Below, piece after piece: positions 1-8,569 of a stretch of 64,000 nucleotides of DNA (position 1 is the stretch's first letter; every line of letters starts with the position of its first letter). The notes beneath the pieces were generated by a model. It saw only the letters and a list, made by a program, of their open reading frames with translations. It did no database searches and had not been told where the DNA came from. The DNA comes from Spirochaetia bacterium (GTDB lineage: Bacteria; Spirochaetota; Spirochaetia; DSM-2461). The translations under genes were made by a program, and so were the position numbers. Location of the stretch: assembly GCA_963666985.2 (NCBI GenBank), contig CAXXIA010000002.1, positions 640,001 through 704,000 on the forward strand, read 5' to 3'.

Positions 1-2
1 AG

Positions 3-470
3 AAGGACCGCTTTCTGATGAAGCTCCTCATCACCTATCCGGACGCGGAGCGGGAAAAAGAAATGGTAACCAGCGTTACCGAAGGCGCCTTTGGTGAAGG
101 CCTTGATCTTTCAATGGTGACCCCGATTACCGACATCGCCGGGATGACCTCCCTCCAGGAAGCGGCCGCGGCCACCATCGCCGATGCCCAAGTGGTGGAC
201 TACGCCGTCCGCATCGTCCGCGCCACACGCGAGAGGCCGGACATCGACGTGGGAGCCGGCCCGCGCGCGGGGATTGCCCTGATTCGCACCGCCAAGGCCG
301 CGGCCCTGCTCAGCAGGCGGGACTACATCCTGCCGGACGATATCAAGGAACTGGCCCATCCGGTGCTCCGCCATCGAATCAGGCTCACGCCGGAAAGTGA
401 AATCGAAGGCACCGGCGTCGACAGCGTCATCTCAAGGATTCTCAGCGAGGTGGAAGCGCCCAGGCTATGA
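3..470 (+). CDS. MoxR-family AAA+ ATPase, C-terminal part (5' end outside window)
   Basis: Frame is open from the window edge (KDRFLMK...). MoxR lid motifs GAGPRAGIAL, RDYILPDDIK and VLRHRI. Followed by a DUF58 gene with ATGA overlap. Confidence 0.9.
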   Translation, partial: KDRFLMKLLITYPDAEREKEMVTSVTEGAFGEGLDLSMVTPITDIAGMTSLQEAAAATIADAQVVDYAVRIVRATRERPDIDVGAGPRAGIALIRTAKAAALLSRRDYILPDDIKELAHPVLRHRIRLTPESEIEGTGVDSVISRILSEVEAPRL

Positions 471-1930
471 GACCCGCATTTTCCCTTATCATCCTGTGGA
501 CCCTCTGGTCTCTCGCCGGAGCCCTCATCTTCTTCATTCCCTCCGCCGCCCCCTACTGGATCGCCGCGGGAGGCCTCCTGGCGCTCGCCGCCGCCGCCGA
601 CGCCCTCATCGGGAAAAGACTTAAAGAGCGTGATCCGAATATCCGCATCAGCCGGAAAGCCCCGGACGTGATGACCGTCGGAATCCCCGAACCGGCCGAA
701 ATCAAAATTGCATCGACTGGAAAGTCCCTCCCGCGATTCCTGCGAGTCTATGAAGAACTCCCCGGAACCGTGAAGGCCGAACCCTACCCCGTCATTCTGC
801 GCGGCGGCAGGAGTGGAAGCGGCCGCAAACGCGATATCAATAACGGCGATAACGGCAACCTCGCCACCCCCAACAGCCGCCGCCGTAATACACGCCGCAC
901 GAATCGAAAAAACCGCGCACTCCTCGCGCACCGAAACCCCAACACAAACACCGGCGACAATCGGGCCGAAACACGCATCACAGTCACCTGGACCCCCCTC
1001 CGAAGGGGTCTTTGGAAAAGCGCCGGATTCCGCCTGGAACTCCCCAGCCGCCTCAACCTCTTCCGCCTGCATTACCGCCTGGAGAATCCGCATGAAATCA
1101 TGGTGCTCCCCGACTTGGGGCTCAAAGGTTCCTCCACTGAAGACGCCCTGGAACGCCGACGGGAACTCGCCGGTCAGGTGCAGATACGCCGCCGCGGCCA
1201 GGGAACCGACTTTCGGGAACTGAGGGACTACATGCCCGGAGATCCGGTGCGCCACATCGACTGGCGGGCCACCTCCCGCCGATCCCACCCCATCGTCAAA
1301 ACATTCCAGGACGAACGGGATCAGCAGCTTCTCATTGTTCTGGACGGCGGATACCGGCTGCATCAGAAAGACGGGGACGGGCTTCAATTCGACAAAGCGC
1401 TGCAGGCCGCCCTGAGACTCTCCCACGTCGCCCTGGAACACGGCGACCGCGTCGGCATCTATGCCTACGGAGAAAAAGACCGATGGATTCCGCCGGGCAG
1501 CGGCCGCTCCTACTTCTGGACCCTGGTCCGCTCCCTCTACGATTTTGAAAGCGCCCCGGTGGCCACCTCCCCCGCCGCCGCGCTCGAACGCGTCCTTGTG
1601 CGGCTGAACCGCAGAACCCTTCTCATCTTCATCACCAACCTCCGCGAAGAAGACGGCGAAGTGGTCAGCTGGATGCTCCCCCTGGTCCGCGGCCGGCACC
1701 TGATGATGGCCGTCACCCTCCGCGAAGAAGGAGCCGAAGGACCGGATACCATCACCACCGAAGACGACGCCCTGCTCTTCGGCGCCTCAACCCTCTACCG
1801 TGAACAGCGGACCCGCCTCAGACGCTACTGGGAGAAACAAGGCATCCTCACCCTCGACGCCCTCCCCGACCACGTCACCGGAAAAGTCATCAACCGCTAC
1901 CTGGCCCTCAAAGGCGCCGGAATACTCTGA
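467..1930 (+). CDS. DUF58 / vWA-like MoxR-associated membrane protein
   Basis: Two N-terminal TM helices. Motifs GTDFRELRDYMPGD, IDWRATSR and GDRVG. ATGA-coupled to moxR. Confidence 0.9.
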   Translation: MRPAFSLIILWTLWSLAGALIFFIPSAAPYWIAAGGLLALAAAADALIGKRLKERDPNIRISRKAPDVMTVGIPEPAEIKIASTGKSLPRFLRVYEELPGTVKAEPYPVILRGGRSGSGRKRDINNGDNGNLATPNSRRRNTRRTNRKNRALLAHRNPNTNTGDNRAETRITVTWTPLRRGLWKSAGFRLELPSRLNLFRLHYRLENPHEIMVLPDLGLKGSSTEDALERRRELAGQVQIRRRGQGTDFRELRDYMPGDPVRHIDWRATSRRSHPIVKTFQDERDQQLLIVLDGGYRLHQKDGDGLQFDKALQAALRLSHVALEHGDRVGIYAYGEKDRWIPPGSGRSYFWTLVRSLYDFESAPVATSPAAALERVLVRLNRRTLLIFITNLREEDGEVVSWMLPLVRGRHLMMAVTLREEGAEGPDTITTEDDALLFGASTLYREQRTRLRRYWEKQGILTLDALPDHVTGKVINRYLALKGAGIL

Positions 1931-2028
1931 AATCTCCCTCGGGGATTTCGCCCTCTCTTTTTTTTGGATGACCCCCGAAGCCGTCCGGAATCCGCCGTCC
2001 CCGAACCGCCGGCGGCCTTCTTTATTCA

Positions 2029-2922
2029 TTACGGGTTCCGCGGCAATCCCCAGCCCAAATCCTCCACGGCCCCAACCAGAGCTTCTTCCCAGACGGCACG
2101 AATCTCGGGATCTTCCCAAGTGGCCAAATGACTTCCTCCGGGAACAGGATAAAGTCTTGCCGTGTTTCCGGCGTCTTTCAGCTTTTCCACGAATTCTTCG
2201 GTATAGCGGAACGGTAATATATCGTCTTCGGTGCATTGAGTCATATAAATGGGAGGCAAACCGGAACGGACATTCTGATACGGTGAACAGTGAATCGGTT
2301 TCTCGCGGCCGATCAGCAGCCGCTTGAAATTCCCGTCATTAACGTTAACGGCTCCCGCAACAGTAAAAACAGCATTGGGAACGGAACTGATACTCCGATC
2401 CTCACTCTCCTCCGCGAATTGGGGAAACAGAGCCGTGCTGAGCGCAAGATGACCGCCGGCGGAATCACCCATGGCGATAATGCGATCGGAATCGATATTA
2501 AATTCTTCGGAATGGATTCGTGTCCAGCGGACGGCCGAATGAGCATCCATCATCAAATCCATAACACTGACGTTTTTATAATCGGCCAGCCTATATTGGG
2601 CCGCAATTCCTATTAAGCCCATATCGGCCATATACTTGGCGTTATCCTGGGCCCATTCCATTTTTCCTTGAATCCAGCCCCCTCCGCAAAAATTCACCAC
2701 GGCAGGATACGGTTCTTCACGCCGAGGATCGTATCCCTCCGGATAAAAAAAATGCATTTCAAGCTTCTCATCCCCAATTTGCTTGTAATAACAGGCATAA
2801 TCGGCAAGATCGGCGATTTCATTGGAAACGGTTTTTTTGATCAGCCGGGAACCCTCTCCCCCATCGGAACATGAAAAGAATAAAACCAACAGAGAAACAA
2901 TAATCGGAAATATTATTTTCAC
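2029..2922 (-). CDS. Alpha/beta hydrolase (carboxylesterase-like) lipoprotein
   Basis: Lipobox-like LFFSC, oxyanion motif GGGW, nucleophile motif GDSAGG, C-terminal Asp/His. GTG start with GGGGAG RBS. Confidence 0.85.
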   Translation of the reverse strand: MKIIFPIIVSLLVLFFSCSDGGEGSRLIKKTVSNEIADLADYACYYKQIGDEKLEMHFFYPEGYDPRREEPYPAVVNFCGGGWIQGKMEWAQDNAKYMADMGLIGIAAQYRLADYKNVSVMDLMMDAHSAVRWTRIHSEEFNIDSDRIIAMGDSAGGHLALSTALFPQFAEESEDRSISSVPNAVFTVAGAVNVNDGNFKRLLIGREKPIHCSPYQNVRSGLPPIYMTQCTEDDILPFRYTEEFVEKLKDAGNTARLYPVPGGSHLATWEDPEIRAVWEEALVGAVEDLGWGLPRNP

Positions 2923-2961
2923 ATCAAGTCTCCCCTGTAATTATAGTATTCCAGGAAATGA

Positions 2962-3936
2962 TTACTCCCCGGCAATAAACACGAAAGGAAGCTGCATCAG
3001 AAGCCGGTTCCACAGGCGGCCGCGCATCGGATAGCTCATGTTGATTGTCGATATGTTCATGAAATAGCTCACCGTATAACCGGCTTTCAGTTTTCGGCTG
3101 TACAGATGAATCTCGAATGCCGCGCTGTCGATTTCCTCGACCATGTCGGGACCGCTGCCGTATGTAATCCAAATCTCATCGGCGCCGGAGCGTTTCAGAA
3201 TGCCTGTAACGGGAACATCCCTTTCGCTCCAATTGGGATACTTTTCCTCGTAGTGGCTTACGCCCATGGCCTTCTTGATGAAATCATCACCGCTGATGCC
3301 TCGGAACTCTTCGAAATGGATGGTCACCGTGTTGGTGCCGCCGCCGCACATGCAGAAGAAACTTTGTTCGTTCTTATCGGCATCCGGGGAATTGTAGGTA
3401 ATAACGCCCCAATCATTGTCGAACAGCATCAGTCCGAGCCTGCCTTCGAAAACTCCGACTTCATTCATGGAGAACAGGTTGATGTTCTCGTCATAAAAAT
3501 GATCCTCAAAGCCGTACTGAAGATTCGTTCCGTCTTCGGTGGTGATGGTGTGCACTTCGGCGGCATATTTCATCCGAACCGCCTTTGAGAGGTCATCCTC
3601 AAGACCGGTTTTATCGAAATAGTCGATAATGTCGCTTTGCAGGTCGGGATTGGAAACCCTCATCAGGAAAGACTCGAAGAGGAGACTGTGAAGAGTCTCT
3701 TTTCCATAGTGGTATTCAAAGAAATTCTCCAGATATCCGTCTTTCATCACCTCTTCGCCGGAGTCGACGGCCATAAGATAGAACATCATGTTGAAATAAT
3801 CGTTTATCTCTTCTTCTCCGGGGATGTAGAAGAAATAATCACTTCCGTTATGGTCGGTGAAAAAAACGTTTTCGGCGGAAGCCGTCAGGATAATCGCGGT
3901 GAATAGAACGAAGAAGGCGGATAGTCTCTTGAGCAT
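2962..3936 (-). CDS. Hypothetical secreted acidic protein
   Basis: 324-aa ORF with signal peptide (…ILTASA|EN). No recognised domain. Confidence 0.7.
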   Translation of the reverse strand: MLKRLSAFFVLFTAIILTASAENVFFTDHNGSDYFFYIPGEEEINDYFNMMFYLMAVDSGEEVMKDGYLENFFEYHYGKETLHSLLFESFLMRVSNPDLQSDIIDYFDKTGLEDDLSKAVRMKYAAEVHTITTEDGTNLQYGFEDHFYDENINLFSMNEVGVFEGRLGLMLFDNDWGVITYNSPDADKNEQSFFCMCGGGTNTVTIHFEEFRGISGDDFIKKAMGVSHYEEKYPNWSERDVPVTGILKRSGADEIWITYGSGPDMVEEIDSAAFEIHLYSRKLKAGYTVSYFMNISTINMSYPMRGRLWNRLLMQLPFVFIAGE

Positions 3937-4065
3937 ATCCTGATTATATGACGAAACGGCGAAAGTATCAGACGAAAACAGGCCGGCCGGATGAACGGAA
4001 AGTCATACCGACTTGGCAGGCATTTTTAAAGTGAAGGATTCGGTGCGGGAGAGTCGGCTTCCGTT

Positions 4066-4716
4066 TCAGGCAGAGATATCCCGGCCGGCGGCGCTTTCCA
4101 CCATTTCCCGAAGAAACCAGGCATGAATCCGCCCGTCACCGGTAAGTTCCGGATGGAAGCTGCCGGCAAGAATGCTGTTCTGCCGAACAAGAACGGGCGA
4201 GCCCTCAAACGAACAGAGCACCTCGACGCCGGGTCCGGGGGAGGGGGATGCACCGTCGTGTCCGTCGGCGGCTACAATCCGCGGTGCCCGGATGAATACG
4301 CCGTTGAACGGTGCGCCGTCGAATTCGGGCGCACCGGGGATTTTCAGTTCCAAGGCCGCTTCGAAGCTGTCGATCTGGCGGCCGTAGGCGTTCCGCGCCA
4401 CCGTTACGTCCAATCCGCCGAGCCTCGGCAGATCGTTCCATTCCACTAATCTCTCGGCCAAAAGAATGAGTCCGGCGCAGGTGCCGTAAACCGGCAGACC
4501 GCCGTCCATGAGAGCCCTGATGGGCTCAATGAGTTCCCAGCGAACGAGCATTTTGCTCATGGTGGTGCTTTCCCCGCCGGGAACAATAAGGCCTTCGATT
4601 CCCTTCAGATCATCAGGCTCGCGCACTTCCACGGCGGCGGCCCCGACGGACTCAAGCGATTGAATATGTTTTGCAAATGCGCCCTGGAGGGCCAGGACGC
4701 CGATGGTGCGTTTCAT
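4066..4716 (-). CDS. pdxT: Pyridoxal 5'-phosphate synthase glutaminase subunit
   Basis: Motifs GVLALQGAF, PGGESTT, GTCAGLI, FIRAP and FHPEL. Downstream of pdxS. Confidence 0.97.
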   Translation of the reverse strand: MKRTIGVLALQGAFAKHIQSLESVGAAAVEVREPDDLKGIEGLIVPGGESTTMSKMLVRWELIEPIRALMDGGLPVYGTCAGLILLAERLVEWNDLPRLGGLDVTVARNAYGRQIDSFEAALELKIPGAPEFDGAPFNGVFIRAPRIVAADGHDGASPSPGPGVEVLCSFEGSPVLVRQNSILAGSFHPELTGDGRIHAWFLREMVESAAGRDISA

Positions 4717-4819
4717 GAATACCTTTCATTCGCGAGGCGCGAGGGAATCATCGGAAAACAACAGGGCAAAGGCAAACGGCTGAGTTCGCGAAGCGAACTC
4801 GGCTGGCCCGTACTTTCCC

Positions 4820-5728
4820 CTACCAGCCCCGGACGGCCAGCCGTTCCTTTTCCGCCAAATCGGTGCAATTAATGCCGACCATGGGCTCGCCCAGATCTTC
4901 TGATATCTCGGCCAGTTTATCCGGATCGTCAAAGTGGGTTACGGCTTCCACGATGGCTTTGGCCCGCTTGGCGGGATTGCCCGACTTAAAGATGCCCGAT
5001 CCCACGAACACCGATTCGGCGCCGAGGTGCATCATCAGGGCGGCATCGGCGGGAATCGCCACGCCGCCGGCGGAAAAATTCGGAACAGGAAGACGGCCGA
5101 TGCGGGCGACTTCCTCCACCAAATCGAAAGGAGCGCCCATGTCTTTGGCGGCGCTCATCAGCTGATCCTTCGGCATGGAGGTAAGGGCCCTGATGCCGTC
5201 CATCAGGGTCCGCATGTGGCGGACGGCTTCGATGATGTCGCCGGTACCGGCCTCGCCTTTGGTGCGGATCATGGCGGCGCCTTCGCCGATGCGGCGCAGG
5301 GCTTCGCCCAGATCGCGGCAGCCGCAGACAAAGGGAACCTTAAAGGCCAGTTTGTCCACATGATACCGGTCGTCGGCGGGGGTAAGCACTTCGCTTTCGT
5401 CCACGAAGTCCACGCCGAGGGATTCGAGGATACGGGCTTCCATGAAATGACCGATGCGGCATTTGGCCATCACGGGAATGGATACGGCGGCCTGGATGCC
5501 TTTGATCATCTTGGGATCGGACATGCGGGCGACACCGCCGTCGGCGCGGATGTCTGCGGGAACCCGCTCAAGAGCCATAACGGCCGCGGCACCGGCATCT
5601 TCGGCGATCTTCGCCTGATCCGGAGTCACCACGTCCATAATCACGCCGCCCTTAAGCATCTCGGCCAATCCGACTTTTGTTTTCCAGGTGGAACTCTGCC
5701 GCCCGGACCAACTCTTCTGTTCGCTCAT
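4820..5728 (-). CDS. pdxS: Pyridoxal 5'-phosphate synthase lyase subunit
   Basis: Motifs [33 protein letters not shown] and [10 protein letters not shown]. Confidence 0.98.
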   Translation of the reverse strand: MSEQKSWSGRQSSTWKTKVGLAEMLKGGVIMDVVTPDQAKIAEDAGAAAVMALERVPADIRADGGVARMSDPKMIKGIQAAVSIPVMAKCRIGHFMEARILESLGVDFVDESEVLTPADDRYHVDKLAFKVPFVCGCRDLGEALRRIGEGAAMIRTKGEAGTGDIIEAVRHMRTLMDGIRALTSMPKDQLMSAAKDMGAPFDLVEEVARIGRLPVPNFSAGGVAIPADAALMMHLGAESVFVGSGIFKSGNPAKRAKAIVEAVTHFDDPDKLAEISEDLGEPMVGINCTDLAEKERLAVRGW

Positions 5729-5834
5729 ATACTCTAATCCTCCCGGAAGACGTTTCGCGCCTTCCTTCGGTCATTTTCATGTTCGAAAAAAACATGCTTC
5801 CGGAGCATCATCGAATCACGCGAGTCCGATAGTG

Positions 5835-6713
5835 TCAAGAATCACGAAATGTCGTGGAAAACACGGTTAGGGCGGCAAGAACCAAAGCGAACGCGGCGAT
5901 ACGGAAAGCGCCGAAGGGTTCACCGTAAATCAGCACGCCCAAAAGCAGCATCATGGTGGGAGCCACATACTGAAGAAAACCCAGAACTCCGAGCGGCAGC
6001 TTCTTGGCGCCGATGCCGAAAAGCCAGAGCGGCAGCAGCGTAATCACGCCCGATCCGAGAAGCATAACGGTAACCTTCGTCCCGTATCCGACCAGATGCC
6101 AGCCTCCGCCCGTTCCGCTCAGTGCCGCGAAAGCGATATATCCCGCGGCAAAGGGACCGAGGATACCGGTTACCCATGCCAGAACTTCGATGCTGTCGAG
6201 TTCATCCGGCAGCCGCTTTACCGTTAAAGCGTAAAAACCGAAGGTCAGCGCGAGAACAAGGCTCACCCACGGGAACACGCCGGCATCCAGAGTCATCAGA
6301 AGAACTCCGATCAAAGCCAGAACAATGGCGATTTTTCTGCGCGGGCCGATACGCTCGGAGAGGAAAAGCATGCCCAAAACAACATTAACCAGAGGATTCA
6401 TGTAGTAACCGAGGCTGGCCTCCAGAATGCGCTCCGAATTCACCGCCCAGATATAGATTCCCCAATTCGCTCCGATCAGCAGAGCGGCCGTAACGAGCAG
6501 ACGGATGGTCCGGCGGGAAAACGAACCTCGCGCCGTTTTTCGTCCGCGAACCCATAGAATAATCCATGCCAAAAGGCAGCATCCGGCCACACGCCAAGCA
6601 AGGAGTTCCAATGACGGTACGGAACCGAGGAGTTTCCAATAAACGGGAAGAAATCCCCAAATAAGATATGCGGTAAAACCCGCGGCGAATCCATTACGTC
6701 GATTGTCGGCCAT
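5835..6713 (-). CDS. rarD: EamA-family transporter RarD
   Basis: AYLIWGFLPVYWK, EASLGYYMNPLV and LGFLQYVAP. About ten TM segments. Start set at the ATG at 6713. Confidence 0.9.
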   Translation of the reverse strand: MADNRRNGFAAGFTAYLIWGFLPVYWKLLGSVPSLELLAWRVAGCCLLAWIILWVRGRKTARGSFSRRTIRLLVTAALLIGANWGIYIWAVNSERILEASLGYYMNPLVNVVLGMLFLSERIGPRRKIAIVLALIGVLLMTLDAGVFPWVSLVLALTFGFYALTVKRLPDELDSIEVLAWVTGILGPFAAGYIAFAALSGTGGGWHLVGYGTKVTVMLLGSGVITLLPLWLFGIGAKKLPLGVLGFLQYVAPTMMLLLGVLIYGEPFGAFRIAAFALVLAALTVFSTTFRDS

Positions 6714-6854
6714 TACAGGGAGTGTATCCGCTCGCTTTTCTTTCGGCCATAGCCTCAAAAGAAGAGCTGATCGGCGGAACCGATCAGAAACCGATTAAGG
6801 TCCCGCGTCCCGATTCGGCCCTCGGCAGGCCCCCCAGCCCGAGAGAATCATGAT

Positions 6855-7259
6855 TTACAATGGGATTTTCCCAAGCAGAGCCTTAAGAACGAGTTCCGTT
6901 TCACCGCCGTTCAGCCCGAACATCACCGCCAGGATTCCCTGGAGATACAAAGCGGTCATCATGCGCTTTCGGGGATCGGCCGTTTGGCCGAAGCGCGATA
7001 GAAAGAAAGAATAAACCCTCGCCGAATCGGCTCCGTCCAGAATCATCCGCAATCCTTCTTCAAGAAAGAAAGGAAGATCTTTTTCATCAAGACGGGCTTC
7101 AAGAGCCAAAAGTCCGCTCCCGCGGGCCGTTGATTGGATTTCGCCAAGAAGACGCCGGAATTCATCTGTCTCTTCATCGAAAACGGAAGACGGATTCAGA
7201 TTTTCCAACACGTTTTCATCCCACAGGTCCATAACGGACTTCACGCCGTCCGAGAACAT
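6855..7259 (-). CDS. Small soluble protein resembling the MotA cytoplasmic domain without TM helices
   Basis: ARGSGLLALE...FLEEGLRMILDG matches the MotA ARREGLLALE...FL..GL..VDG loop. LQGILAVMFG...ELVLKALL resembles the MotA C-terminal EGVL..G..P..IE.KL tail. GGGGGTG SD lies inside the upstream gene's 3' end. Confidence 0.65.
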   Translation of the reverse strand: MFSDGVKSVMDLWDENVLENLNPSSVFDEETDEFRRLLGEIQSTARGSGLLALEARLDEKDLPFFLEEGLRMILDGADSARVYSFFLSRFGQTADPRKRMMTALYLQGILAVMFGLNGGETELVLKALLGKIPL

Positions 7260-8488
7260 GGAAACACCCCCGGCTCGTTTATGCTCTTATCGATATGATG
7301 CCTAACGCCGTATACAATAGCTTCCGTCCCTTTGCGCACCCCTTCCAGAGCGACGATACGTTCCCTGTAAGGGTCGTGAGAAATCGAGGCGTGGAGAAAT
7401 TCACTGTACTCCGGCGCCCTGTTTACCAGTTCCACCCGCGTAGGCAGTCCGAGAGACGATCCGATCACATCGGCCTGAATCGTATTATAAGATCTGCATC
7501 GGCCTCCGATGACGGACGATGCGCCGTTCGGGGAACAGTAGAGTCCGTCCACCGCCAGAATGTCGGATCCGAGAACATGAGCGGTAACCAATACGGGCAA
7601 GAAACTTGTAACGACGGAGTACTCGATATAAGGCGTTGTTAAACCGTTGACGGTTTTCACCAGACCGCCGGTGATTCCGCCGTCGACGGTCACCGGGCCT
7701 TTGGCATTGATAATGCCTCCCGGAAGCAGCCGGCCGGTAATTCTCACGGGGCCGGAATGGTCGATTCGATTATTTAAATCGCCCTCGATAATCAGCGCCT
7801 CCGGCGGCGGGGAATCAGCTTCGCCCGGAAACGGATCGGATACCGAAATGGCGCCGAGCAGCTGATTTATCTCACCCTGTGTGAGCTCGTTTTCGGCCGC
7901 CGCGGGTATGAGCGCTTCCTCCCGGGTGCAGGAATCGGAGCACCGTTCACCCTCGGGCGGCGCTGCGTTTTGATTTTTTTCAGCGCCGGCGGAAAAAGAC
8001 CGCGCGGCCGGGGCGGCATCGGAAGAAGTCGGAACTTCACACAGCCGATTGATTTCATCCCGACCGAGTTCTCTTCCGGCGGAAACCGGCCGTTCCGTTT
8101 TTCCGGAGACAGCGGATGAAACGGGAGGTCTTTCACAGCCGTCGGTATAAGGCAGGAAGAGATCGAGTACGTCTTGATGGAACCGTTCTCCGCCGGACGG
8201 GCCGCCGGTTCCGCACCGCCCCACCCTGAAGAGAACTCTCGCGACCGAATGAACCGCGGAGGCCGGCATTCCCTCGTCCAGAAGCCGCAGATAGAGACGG
8301 ATAACGGGATTGGAAAATTGATCGATTCGGGCGGCCGTTCCATGAATACCGCTTATCCGGACGGAAACGGCCGCGGATTCAAGTTCTCCTTTGTCCCCTT
8401 CGGGAACCGGAAGAGAGAGAACTTCGGGCATCGCGGCGAAATTCCCCTGAAATTGATAGAGTTCGTTCTGAGTCAATTCGGCGGACAT
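7241..8488 (-). CDS. FapA/DUF342-like C-terminal domain protein with FliM-N-like repeats
   Basis: C-terminal beta-helix-like repeats (IDHSGPVRITG...IINAKGPVTVDGGITGG...SVIGG...IGSSLGLPTRVEL). ELTQGEINQLLGAIS motif. GGAGG RBS before the ATG at 8488. Confidence 0.65.
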   Translation of the reverse strand: MSAELTQNELYQFQGNFAAMPEVLSLPVPEGDKGELESAAVSVRISGIHGTAARIDQFSNPVIRLYLRLLDEGMPASAVHSVARVLFRVGRCGTGGPSGGERFHQDVLDLFLPYTDGCERPPVSSAVSGKTERPVSAGRELGRDEINRLCEVPTSSDAAPAARSFSAGAEKNQNAAPPEGERCSDSCTREEALIPAAAENELTQGEINQLLGAISVSDPFPGEADSPPPEALIIEGDLNNRIDHSGPVRITGRLLPGGIINAKGPVTVDGGITGGLVKTVNGLTTPYIEYSVVTSFLPVLVTAHVLGSDILAVDGLYCSPNGASSVIGGRCRSYNTIQADVIGSSLGLPTRVELVNRAPEYSEFLHASISHDPYRERIVALEGVRKGTEAIVYGVRHHIDKSINEPGVFPCSRTA

Positions 8489-8569
8489 CGGCGAACCTCC
8501 TTGCGGCTTCAACCAGTATACTTCCTTACTTCGGGAAAAAACGCCTAAGGCCCGAAATCCGGCAGACTT

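Noticed and set aside
4762..4812. c-di-GMP-I riboswitch-like GGCAAA plus hairpin
   Set aside because: Lacks the GACGCAAA element and lies antisense between pdxS and pdxT. More likely a simple intergenic stem-loop.
7241..7280. Frameshift joining the FapA-like and MotA-like ORFs
   Set aside because: A plausible SD (GGGGGTG) precedes the second ATG, so coupled translation of two genes is simpler. Read-level checking would settle it.
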